Positions 9,339 to 17,940 of a DNA stretch of 64,000 bases are shown piece after piece. Under the pieces are notes generated by a model. That model searched no databases, was not told the origin of the DNA, and saw only the letters and a program-made list of their open reading frames with translations. This DNA comes from an uncultured Candidatus Saccharibacteria bacterium (GTDB lineage Bacteria > Patescibacteriota > Saccharimonadia > Saccharimonadales > CAZWFS01): assembly GCA_964633325.1 (NCBI GenBank), contig CAZWFS010000004.1, forward strand, positions 19,423 through 83,422, read 5' to 3'. Made by a program: the position numbers and the translations under genes. Numbering within the stretch: position 1 is the stretch's first letter; every line of letters starts with the position of its first letter.

Positions 9339-10622
9339 TTAGCTGCGACCGAAGCGACGAACCCAGAACAAACGGTGGACTACTGCACCTAGGGCGGAAG
9401 TACCGGCAAAAATTCCCAGAATGCTGCCCGCACCAGTCTCTGGCAAAGTAGTAGTGGTGGGGGTAACAACAGGAGGAGTAGCCGGCTTACAGTTCTCTAT
9501 GACAACCTTAGCGTCATCCTTGACCTCTGGCACATCTTTTGCGCGACCGAAAGCTACGTTCTTGATTTCACATTCTTTGAAATCTTTGTTAATAGTGGTG
9601 CGGAACCGAATCACACCATTACTATTCGGGGTGTAACTACCAACGTTTACTCCACCGCTGCCGAGCGAACCATCGCCCAAAGCTTGTCCGTTAGGACGAA
9701 GCACATCAGAGACCGATATAGAACCAGGTACCAGGCTTAGGCCGGCGGGCAAGTTGTCACGGACAGTGACTTCATCTATACGTGCGTTACCTGTATTTCG
9801 GTAATCGATTCTCCAGCTAACGGTTTCACCAAGCTTAGCTGTCACGCTTTCACGGGCATCTGTAGGCTTAGGAGATTCTACTTTAGACACGGTTTTCTTG
9901 AAGTCAAGCTTAGGCGCAGTTACTTTCACCTTGATGATGACAACCGCGTCGTAACCGAAACAGCCAGGGAACATACCGTTCAAGGCGTCCCAACCGATCA
10001 TTGTACCGTCGCCAGTAGAACTTACTGCTCCGTCAGGCACCTGCGTGCCGTTCTTGAATGAGCCGTTGTTGTAAAGGCGGGCTGAACCAGCTACGTAGCT
10101 TAAACTGACGTTTTGGCCGCCCTTACTCTTAACTGTTGCTGTGTCATATACGCGTCGGGGAGTTGCGTTGTCGGCAGATACGTATCCAGCAACGTCGAAA
10201 CCATGGGAAGTTTCGGCCGGGACGTAGAATCGTACCTTGGTATTGCGGGCTACGCCGATACCGTCAAAGTTAGTACCGTTGGTAGACTCGTGAGCTGCAT
10301 TGTGTATGTAGGCACGGAATTCTACTTCTTGTCCTGGCTCTACTTCTGCGTTCTCGCGCCAGACAGCCTGGCCGGCAGGACTAACGGTTACGAAGTTTCG
10401 CTCGTCGCCGTAGCTAGGGGTATTTATGTACGAATTGAACACCGGGCCGGTATAGGAACCGTTCCGTACAGCTGGCACTGTGCTGCTGTAATCGTAAGTC
10501 GGACGATCCGGACCCCAGGCTGCATATACCGTAGCAGGTACTGCCAACATCAGACCGGTCATTATTACAACTGCTGTACGTTTTCGAAAAGTCTTTGTTA
10601 TTTTGTTGAGTAGTTTACGCAT
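9339..10622 (-). CDS. sortase-anchored surface protein (signal peptide, DUF11-like repeat domain, LPETG sorting signal)
   Basis: 427 aa. N-terminal signal AVVIMTGLMLAVPATVYA. C-terminus LPETGAGSILGIFAGTSALGAVVHRLFWVRRFGRS, i.e. LPXTG, a hydrophobic stretch and a basic tail. Confidence 0.8.
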   Translation of the reverse strand: MRKLLNKITKTFRKRTAVVIMTGLMLAVPATVYAAWGPDRPTYDYSSTVPAVRNGSYTGPVFNSYINTPSYGDERNFVTVSPAGQAVWRENAEVEPGQEVEFRAYIHNAAHESTNGTNFDGIGVARNTKVRFYVPAETSHGFDVAGYVSADNATPRRVYDTATVKSKGGQNVSLSYVAGSARLYNNGSFKNGTQVPDGAVSSTGDGTMIGWDALNGMFPGCFGYDAVVIIKVKVTAPKLDFKKTVSKVESPKPTDARESVTAKLGETVSWRIDYRNTGNARIDEVTVRDNLPAGLSLVPGSISVSDVLRPNGQALGDGSLGSGGVNVGSYTPNSNGVIRFRTTINKDFKECEIKNVAFGRAKDVPEVKDDAKVVIENCKPATPPVVTPTTTTLPETGAGSILGIFAGTSALGAVVHRLFWVRRFGRS

Positions 10623-10650
10623 TTCTTATATCTCCTTATATTCTCGTAAT

Positions 10651-11961
10651 TTAACCGTCGTATTCACCATCTGCTGGACCGCTGCCTGAAGCTACTGTCG
10701 TAGTTGTAGTAGCAGAAGGAACATTGGGTGTGCGCGGTGCGGTAGTCGTGGTGGTAGGGTGAGCTCCGCCAACTGGATTATCCGAGTCATCATCTGGTGT
10801 AGGCTCCTCTTCTACGGGTGGTACCGTAGTATCGGTCGAGCCTGGACCTGGTCTTTCACCTTCATCCTGTCGCAGAGTTGTGGACGTGGTTGAGGGGGGC
10901 AGTGTGGTTGAAGTTGTAGTTGACACCGGAACAGTGGTTGAAGTTGTAGTCGTGGTTGATGGAGGAAGGGTCGTGGAAGTTGTAGTTGACACTGGAACTG
11001 TGGTTGATGTTGTAGTTGACACCGGAACAGTGGTTGAAGTTGTAGTCGTGGTTGATGGAGGAAGGGTCGTGGAAGTTGTAGTTGACACTGGAACTGTGGT
11101 TGTCGTAGTATCTTCCTGTTCATCTTCCTCCTCTTCTTCTGGTTGTTCAGCAGGAGCTTGTTCGGCTCCTCGTCGAGCGACTCTGTCCAGCTCGTTTTCG
11201 CATGGGTTCTTAAGTTCTACTATTAGTGTTTCGCCATTCTGGTTGACTATAATACTGCCGGCCAAATCAACATCAGATACATTGACCTTGGTGCCGTCAT
11301 TGCGGGTAAAGACGCCGTCCTCGACTACGTACGCGAATACGTCAGTTCCGGCTTTTAGAGTCTCGACACGCCATCGAACAACTTTACCTTGCGCATCACA
11401 GTAACTATTCTGTACAGTTACGTCTTTTTCTATGCGACGTGCTTTCATATGTTCAAAATAAACCTGGTTCTGTTGCTGACCTGCAGGAAGTATTTTCTTA
11501 AGCAGGGAGCCTTCGTCCTGCTCCATATCATCAGCGATGTAAGCAGCTTGCTGTTCGTTATTCTTTGTAAAAGATGTAAGTTCAGCTTCCGTCATGGCAG
11601 GAGCTTCAGGATTCTGCTTGTAGTGTTCGGTTACCTCAGCCTGATCCATGGGACCACAGCTACCGGAGCCAGCAGGACCGGTTACGTTTTCACGTGAGCT
11701 TACAGTTAGTCGAGCACCATCAATATTGCCGCCACCTACACCAGCAACACCGGCTTCAACGCCAGCTGGACGAGATGTTACAGAGCTTACCCCTTCAGCG
11801 ACTACTGGTGCTCCTAAAAATACTATGGCGCCTGCGGCTGCAGCCTGTAACCATAATCGAGCGGGACGCTCGGATGAATGCTGTGCTTCATCTGCAAGCT
11901 GTGCTGCTAATACGAGTTCATCAAAGCTTGGTCCACTTGATACTGCTGTTGAACTATCCAT
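10651..11961 (-). CDS. membrane-anchored or secreted protein with a Thr/Ser/Pro-rich tandem-repeat stalk
   Basis: 436 aa. Hydrophobic segment LWLQAAAAGAIVFLGAPVVA near the N-terminus. Repeats of TTTSTT(L/V)P(P/V)S. No LPXTG signal. Confidence 0.65.
   Translation of the reverse strand: MDSSTAVSSGPSFDELVLAAQLADEAQHSSERPARLWLQAAAAGAIVFLGAPVVAEGVSSVTSRPAGVEAGVAGVGGGNIDGARLTVSSRENVTGPAGSGSCGPMDQAEVTEHYKQNPEAPAMTEAELTSFTKNNEQQAAYIADDMEQDEGSLLKKILPAGQQQNQVYFEHMKARRIEKDVTVQNSYCDAQGKVVRWRVETLKAGTDVFAYVVEDGVFTRNDGTKVNVSDVDLAGSIIVNQNGETLIVELKNPCENELDRVARRGAEQAPAEQPEEEEEDEQEDTTTTTVPVSTTTSTTLPPSTTTTTSTTVPVSTTTSTTVPVSTTTSTTLPPSTTTTTSTTVPVSTTTSTTLPPSTTSTTLRQDEGERPGPGSTDTTVPPVEEEPTPDDDSDNPVGGAHPTTTTTAPRTPNVPSATTTTTVASGSGPADGEYDG
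10906..11108. repeat. in-frame tandem repeat, 96-nt unit, ~2.1 copies (encodes the Thr-rich repeats)
   Basis: TGACACCGGAACAG recurs at 10921 and 11017 (period 96 nt = 32 codons). The flanking sequence is near-identical. Confidence 0.8.
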
Positions 11962-12188
11962 AATTATTTTCTCCCGTTTCCCTTTAAAGGGATTATCTTA
12001 CTCCTGTCGTGATTTATCCTAGGTGAAAGGATGAAATCACGCTATGGCATTATCGTAACACAAGCATTTAATAATGTCAATACTTTTTATAATAATAGCT
12101 TTGTAAACACAAGCGGCTTAAATAAACAGCTGACCGCTAATTTCATAAATAGAGCGGAATCAAGTGCAATATGTTGTATCGGATGGCT

Positions 12189-13367
12189 TTACCAGCCACG
12201 CATACGGCGCATGAATACGCGGTGAGCTAGGCTACCGCCTATGGTCGTGGCAGTAAAGATGCCAAATAAGTTGGCGGCTGTACCCGTTACAGGAATAATG
12301 GGCTTGGTTTCGGGGACGGGTGTAGGTGTGGTGGCTGCCAGGACTACTTGAGTAGGTGTTACTGTTTGAGGTGTGACGGCTGGCTTGCATAATACGTCTG
12401 CAGTAGCGTCATCCTGCTTTTCCGGTGTATTGCCGTGTTTGGCGAATGCGACATTTCTATAACGAGTTGTAGCGCATGTATTTGTGTCTGTGCCCTTAGG
12501 TAGCTTTACATCAAAGGTAACTTCTTTGTGCTGTCCCCTTGCGATTGTTCCAATATTAATTCCAGAGCCAAAGAACTCCGTGGCATTGCCAGAAACACTG
12601 AGTGACTGTTCAACATAATCGCTACCCGATGGTGCTACGTCCCTGAGCACAACGTTTTGCAGATCAGATTGTCCGGTGTTTCTGATAGTAATTCTAAATT
12701 GCAGGGTATCTTCCGCTTTGGCTGTTACATGTTGTACCCATGCAGTCTGACCCTTTATACGGACATCCTTGGTAATTTCAAAGTTAGATGAAGTGGGAGG
12801 CGGTGGTGGTGGCGGAGTAACTACGGGGGTTGCGCCTACAGGGTTACCACAAGAGAGAATTACAGCATATTTGAAGGTTCCGCCCTCCATTTTAACAAGA
12901 GCACGTAGGCTACCATTTGGATTTGCAAAAGACACGCTTGGAGGACGCTGCCAAAAGCCACCACCCATATCTAGACTGCTGCCCCGCTCATTGCTGATAT
13001 TCTGCCGTCCCGCCGTCATTGCATTGTTAGCCACCAGTTGGTTTCCAACGAACACTTGATTCTTGCCAGTAACAGAACCTTCTACCATTCCATTTAGCGC
13101 TGCTTCATTATTAATGCCGAAAGCACTAAAAACGGCTTGTACATTGCCCTGTTGGTTCTCACGATATTTCTGCTTTAGGTTATTAAGATCGGTAACTCCA
13201 CAGCGAATAACAGCATTGTCATCACAATCCTGTCCGGATTGCGCCAACAGATGACCGCCTAGCGAGGCTATCCCAAATGCCGCAACCATCAGTCCACTTA
13301 GCAAACCGTTACGTATAGCTAATCTATTTTTTAGCAGAACCTGTCGCATTATTTCTCCTCCTGACAC
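12189..13367 (-). CDS. sortase-anchored surface protein with DUF11-like domain and a variant IPVTG sorting signal
   Basis: 392 aa with an N-terminal signal or anchor. PPPPPP linker. C-terminus IPVTGTAANLFGIFTATTIGGSLAHRVFMRRMRGW. Confidence 0.75.
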   Translation of the reverse strand: MSGGEIMRQVLLKNRLAIRNGLLSGLMVAAFGIASLGGHLLAQSGQDCDDNAVIRCGVTDLNNLKQKYRENQQGNVQAVFSAFGINNEAALNGMVEGSVTGKNQVFVGNQLVANNAMTAGRQNISNERGSSLDMGGGFWQRPPSVSFANPNGSLRALVKMEGGTFKYAVILSCGNPVGATPVVTPPPPPPPTSSNFEITKDVRIKGQTAWVQHVTAKAEDTLQFRITIRNTGQSDLQNVVLRDVAPSGSDYVEQSLSVSGNATEFFGSGINIGTIARGQHKEVTFDVKLPKGTDTNTCATTRYRNVAFAKHGNTPEKQDDATADVLCKPAVTPQTVTPTQVVLAATTPTPVPETKPIIPVTGTAANLFGIFTATTIGGSLAHRVFMRRMRGW

Positions 13368-13476
13368 ATAAGTCTCTCAGGTAGCAAGCTCTCTCACCAG
13401 GCTGTGCTGACAAAGATATTAACTGGGTACCCCACACCTTTGCTGTGAATTATCTCTCACATAAGCAATTTGGTAC

Positions 13477-15651
13477 CTATAATTTTCCCTTTGATATTGT
13501 GAAGCCAAAGGTGCTGCCCTTACCTTCTTGGCTACTGAATATGATCGCTCCTTTTTGCGCAACAACCACCTTTTTGGCCATGAAAAGCCCCAACCCCGTC
13601 CCATCTGGACGTGCCTTACGGGCATTATCAGCTCGGTAAAATTTTGTGAACAAATGCGGCTGCTCGTATTTAGGCACCCCTAGTCCATCATCTACTACTG
13701 TAAGCTCAATACTATGCGGCAAATCAGCCAGCCTCACGGCTATATGCCCACCCGATGGTGTGTAGTAAATAGCATTATCGATGAAATTCATGATTACCTG
13801 ACGGATTTTCATCTCATCTAGAGGCAACACCGGGAATATCTCCGGCTTGTCGTAACTAAGCTCCAACCCCCGGGCTTTGGCAATATTCTGTAATTGTTGG
13901 ACCTCATCTTCCACCACTATGGCAAGATTGGTCGGTTTAGATTCTATAACGAATTTTCCAGTGCGTAGCCGCGATACGTTGAGCAGATCAGATATAAGGT
14001 ATACCATTCGCTGAGAACTAAAAAATGCCTGATTTAGCAATTTTCGCTGCATAGAAGTTATTTTTCCAGCATCACCCTCTAAAACCATGCTCACATAGCC
14101 TTTTACGCTGGTGAGCGGGGTCCGCAATTGATGCGATGCCATGCTGATAAATTCATCCTTGGCCACGTCAAGATCTTTTAGTTTTTCATTCGTCCTGCTT
14201 AGCTGCCTAGTGGCCTCATGGACTCTCTGCTGCAGGGTAATGTTAAAGTGTTCTATCTCCTCAAACCTTAATGCGTTCTGAACAGCTATAACAAGTTCGT
14301 TGACAATAATTTCCAACAACTTAATATCATTGCCGCTGAAGGGATTGCCGCTTTTCTTAGCTCCGAGCAACAGATAGCCCGTACCTTCTACTGTCATTTT
14401 AGTGCTAGATACCAACCTGGCAAGGATAGCTATATCATTACTATGCAGAGCATCCCGTAGACTATCATCTTTTCCTTCCAGATAATCCACTACTATCACT
14501 TTCTTGCGCAGATGAGGCGTCAATTTCCGAACAATCTCTATGTCGCTAGCGTCGAATGCCCTGGAGTGAGTCCCTATAACTCTCTGTTTTACAGTAGCTG
14601 TTTCCTTCATGCCAAATAGGCAAAATTCAGTTTTAAAGTTTTTCTGGATAATTTCTGAACAGCGCTTCAGCAGAGGTTCTAGCTCAACCACCCTAACTAG
14701 CGTCCGGTTTAGTTCGTCCAGAAATTCCTGCGGGTCATACGCATCTTGGTAAAAAATACGGTTAGTGATCTTGTCAAAAAATTTACGTACAGTGTCGTAG
14801 GTCAGCACAACAAATATCAACAAAACGACGTTAACGACACGTTCGCCCAGTCCACCCTCAAATTGTACGAATACATAATTAGCGACCACGTATGACAAGG
14901 CGGAGTAACCAATAACGAGGGCGGCAACTGATAATACATACGCCACAGACCTAGCAATCACCAACCGGACGTCAAACATGCGTTGCCGTATGATGCTATA
15001 AGCTATGGCGATAATAAATACATTAGTGAACAGGGGTCCTATATGTATGAGCTTGTAGTTGCCTGCCCAAGGCAATATCAGGTTAAAAAATATGGCAAAT
15101 AAAACCGAGATTAGGAAACCACCAAAGAACAATTGAGCTTGGGCAGCATATAGCCCTTTTTTGACTTTACCGGTTTGGTAAATGCTGAAAAGTGCGGCAG
15201 AAACGCAAGCTAGTATATATAACGCATAAAAGAGGTAGTGCACTTTATTGAGGATTATCTCCTTACCCCATTCGTGATACACCAAATCATGAGTAATAAA
15301 GGTGGGTATAAACATTAAAGGCAAGGCGATAAGTATTAATCCACACAGGGTTGGGAGCCACCATTTTTTCTGGATACGCTGATTACCGGGAAAAGATTTC
15401 GCAAACAGTAAAGTAGACGCCGTGATAATAAGAGGCAATAAATAATATATTTTCGCATATGCCAGAGCTGTGCCTTTAGAATGACTTAACAAGTACGCTC
15501 CGATGGCAGCTACCCAGCCACCGATAGAAATTACTAAGCAGGAAAAAAAGATATTATTAACCTTCTTAGGATCGCGCAGCAATACAGCTAAACCGACTAC
15601 AAGATTAATAAATCCAAGAGAGAACAACGCCAGGCACTTAAGCACAATCAT
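13477..15651 (-). CDS. sensor histidine kinase with a multi-TM N-terminal domain
   Basis: 724 aa with about 7 N-terminal TM helices. H-box SMASHQLRTPLTS. HATPase motifs DNAIYYTP, DDGLGV, GTGLGL. Confidence 0.85.
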   Translation of the reverse strand: MIVLKCLALFSLGFINLVVGLAVLLRDPKKVNNIFFSCLVISIGGWVAAIGAYLLSHSKGTALAYAKIYYLLPLIITASTLLFAKSFPGNQRIQKKWWLPTLCGLILIALPLMFIPTFITHDLVYHEWGKEIILNKVHYLFYALYILACVSAALFSIYQTGKVKKGLYAAQAQLFFGGFLISVLFAIFFNLILPWAGNYKLIHIGPLFTNVFIIAIAYSIIRQRMFDVRLVIARSVAYVLSVAALVIGYSALSYVVANYVFVQFEGGLGERVVNVVLLIFVVLTYDTVRKFFDKITNRIFYQDAYDPQEFLDELNRTLVRVVELEPLLKRCSEIIQKNFKTEFCLFGMKETATVKQRVIGTHSRAFDASDIEIVRKLTPHLRKKVIVVDYLEGKDDSLRDALHSNDIAILARLVSSTKMTVEGTGYLLLGAKKSGNPFSGNDIKLLEIIVNELVIAVQNALRFEEIEHFNITLQQRVHEATRQLSRTNEKLKDLDVAKDEFISMASHQLRTPLTSVKGYVSMVLEGDAGKITSMQRKLLNQAFFSSQRMVYLISDLLNVSRLRTGKFVIESKPTNLAIVVEDEVQQLQNIAKARGLELSYDKPEIFPVLPLDEMKIRQVIMNFIDNAIYYTPSGGHIAVRLADLPHSIELTVVDDGLGVPKYEQPHLFTKFYRADNARKARPDGTGLGLFMAKKVVVAQKGAIIFSSQEGKGSTFGFTISKGKL

Positions 15652-15707
15652 TATTACTATAAATGTATCAGTTATTGGGGTTAACGTATACCGGCCGGCA
15701 CATATGC

Positions 15708-16733
15708 TTAGGCTTTGATGATGCGCATGACATTATAAATGCCGTCCAGGGGCTGGTATATTGTTAGCTGCTGTGGATTGATACCAGCATGCCGGCAAAT
15801 GACAATTAGCTCTTGGGCGCTTTTTTGTATTACATGAGGCCATCCCACGCCCCGCTTGTGCAAATTGAGCTGCGGATGATCCATGCGCATATTGCAGGCT
15901 ATGATATTACCGCCAGGCTTCAACAGGTTGTAGGCCAGACTTAACAGCTGGACGGATTGTTTTTCGTCTAAGTATTCGAATATGCCCATAAGGTCGACTA
16001 TATCCGCCGTTCCCGGCACGACTGTCGCATTTAGAACATTTTTATCAAAAATATCGGCGACTAACAGCTGAGCCTGATGAGGGGGAATTCCTTCGTAAGC
16101 CGTTACATCCCTGGATACGTTAATAGCCCAGCTGTCTTGGTCGATATTGGTATATCTAATGGCTTTCATATCTATACCGGCGGCGTTAACCATCAACATT
16201 GTGGGTGCTGATGTCCCGCCCGCCAAGCTTACCCAATTTATAGGTTGCCTCGGTTTTTCGGCGGCATACTCATAAGCCAACCGCCCCGCCGCTAGTGTAC
16301 GGGTTCTTACACCAACCGTATCAAAGCTATGCCGGAAGATTCGGCTGGTCAGTGGATCCATACGACGGCCGCTTGGCAACCGTTTCTGTTTCGGGTGATG
16401 AATAGGCTCTAACGCAAGAGCTCCAGGCATCAAGGTGGCCCATTCTTTCAGTGCAGGCAGCATATACAACAACTTTCTAGCTCTATTATCCTTGTGATCG
16501 AATGGCATGTGTGGGCGTTTAGCAAGATAGGTTTCCATACATTTCGCCACAAGTCTGGTAGCGTAGCGCTCGAGTTTGTAGCGGGGCGTATGGTAACCAT
16601 CTAAAACACGAAGCTTATATATTGTTGTTTCGCCAAGATGCGAGTGGGAAACAAATTTTACTACAGACAATATTCCTTTATTACTAAGTGTTCTCTGGGT
16701 ATTAGTCAATGGGTGATGCTTAGCGTGTGTCAT
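15708..16733 (-). CDS. class I SAM-dependent methyltransferase-like protein
   Basis: The ORF track gives 15708-16787. An internal ATG at 16733 (MTHAKHH) leaves a 14-nt overlap with the upstream gene. The C-terminal half has a Rossmann-like pattern (VSLAGGTSAP ... DIVDLMGIFEYL ... LKPGGNIIACN). Confidence 0.55.
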   Translation of the reverse strand: MTHAKHHPLTNTQRTLSNKGILSVVKFVSHSHLGETTIYKLRVLDGYHTPRYKLERYATRLVAKCMETYLAKRPHMPFDHKDNRARKLLYMLPALKEWATLMPGALALEPIHHPKQKRLPSGRRMDPLTSRIFRHSFDTVGVRTRTLAAGRLAYEYAAEKPRQPINWVSLAGGTSAPTMLMVNAAGIDMKAIRYTNIDQDSWAINVSRDVTAYEGIPPHQAQLLVADIFDKNVLNATVVPGTADIVDLMGIFEYLDEKQSVQLLSLAYNLLKPGGNIIACNMRMDHPQLNLHKRGVGWPHVIQKSAQELIVICRHAGINPQQLTIYQPLDGIYNVMRIIKA

Positions 16734-17523
16734 GATGGGCCAACCTAGGTGTTTGCAGGGCGTGTATTGAACTAGCTTTAGTATCATAATAGTAAGTTGA
16801 CGAAGAGTGTTTTAGGGCTGTGAAAAACGATATCCACATCCCTGGTCGTTGAAAGACCTTAAGTATAGTCAGGCTATGCCGGTTAGCCTCGATGTATTTT
16901 GTAATAAGAGAGACTCCCCTATTATTTGCGTCATTAATCAATATTTCTGTATTAGTATAAGGGATAACCGGGTCTTGTTTGTTGGCAAATAACAGGATCT
17001 TTCTGTTCCTCATTAAGCCCAGTTTGTAGGTAGGTTCGTAATAGCCTAAAATTTTTGCAGCTTGATGAATGTTCATCTCTAACGACGCGCACCTATCTCG
17101 CATGTTTTCCAGTACGGGGTGTTCCCAAATGTGTTGGGCCATACTGCCGTATACCGTCACTAACATCACCCTTTCTATATCTGGTAATAGTTTTGCAGCA
17201 TGTAGAGCGATTGTAGCTCCTATACTGACACCAATTATCCCAAACCGGTGCTTATGGTCCTGGTCTTTCTCATCCACTATTTTCGTGGATATATCGTCTT
17301 TTATTCGTTCGCTGAACTCTAACCACTCGTGAGGATATGAAGCATTTTGCAAAGGCCTCCAATCGTAATCATAGGCATACACCTGAAATCCGCACTCCAC
17401 TAACTGTCGGACAACCATCTTGTAATGCCATATTTTCGTTCTGAAACTGGCTATGAAAAAAATTGTCCCCAAAGGCTTAGCAGGGGGTTCGTACTTAATA
17501 CATCTAAATGTTTGCGCAGGCAT
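16720..17523 (-). CDS. alpha/beta-fold hydrolase
   Basis: 267 aa with nucleophile elbow GVSIGA and a typical alpha/beta hydrolase length and pattern. Confidence 0.6.
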   Translation of the reverse strand: MPAQTFRCIKYEPPAKPLGTIFFIASFRTKIWHYKMVVRQLVECGFQVYAYDYDWRPLQNASYPHEWLEFSERIKDDISTKIVDEKDQDHKHRFGIIGVSIGATIALHAAKLLPDIERVMLVTVYGSMAQHIWEHPVLENMRDRCASLEMNIHQAAKILGYYEPTYKLGLMRNRKILLFANKQDPVIPYTNTEILINDANNRGVSLITKYIEANRHSLTILKVFQRPGMWISFFTALKHSSSTYYYDTKASSIHALQTPRLAHHDTR

Positions 17524-17570
17524 AAGGATAAGTGTTTATTTTAGAGGATTCATGCTAATAATAACTTATC

Positions 17571-17939
17571 ATGAAAAAAATTGCGATAGTCGAAGATGAC
17601 TTAGCTATTTCGCAGATGTATCGGATTAAGTTTGAGACGGAAGGCTATGATGTTGAAACCGCCGAGAATGGCAAGCTGGGACTAGCTTTGTGCGAAAAGA
17701 TGAAACCCGATATTATTTTGCTCGACCTCATGATGCCAGAGATGACCGGCGATGAAATGCTCGTCAGATTAAGGGATACTCCATGGGGCAAGCGGATAAA
17801 AGTAGTGATTCTGACCAATATGGGAGAGCAGGAAATCCCAGAGAGCATTAAAGACAATGGCGTAAGCGCCTTTATTGTCAAAGCCGATATGACCCCGCGC
17901 CAGGTGGCAGAACTAGTCAAGACCCAACTAGCCGGCTAG
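17571..17939 (+). CDS. receiver-only response regulator (CheY-like)
   Basis: 122 aa with IVEDD, a DLMMP phospho-acceptor region, and T/K motifs (LTNM, KAD). Confidence 0.85.
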   Translation: MKKIAIVEDDLAISQMYRIKFETEGYDVETAENGKLGLALCEKMKPDIILLDLMMPEMTGDEMLVRLRDTPWGKRIKVVILTNMGEQEIPESIKDNGVSAFIVKADMTPRQVAELVKTQLAG

Positions 17940-17940
17940 A

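Noticed and set aside
10880-11110. Possible CRISPR-like or satellite array
   Set aside because: The repeats are contiguous with no unique spacers and are in frame with a long ORF encoding Thr-rich repeats. No cas genes occur anywhere in the window.
10812-11404. Long alternative-frame ORFs (10812-11123 minus, 10880-11404 plus) and many other antisense ORFs in the track (e.g. 4451-5020, 823-1233, 24413-24832, 52349-52909)
   Set aside because: They are shadow ORFs inside strongly supported genes. Their translations are low-complexity or have no motifs, while the opposite or other frame carries clear domain signatures.
12031-12225. 64-aa ORF in the AT-rich spacer downstream of the 12189 surface-protein gene
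   Set aside because: It overlaps the 3' end of the LPXTG-type gene, has no RBS, and its translation looks like AT-rich noise.
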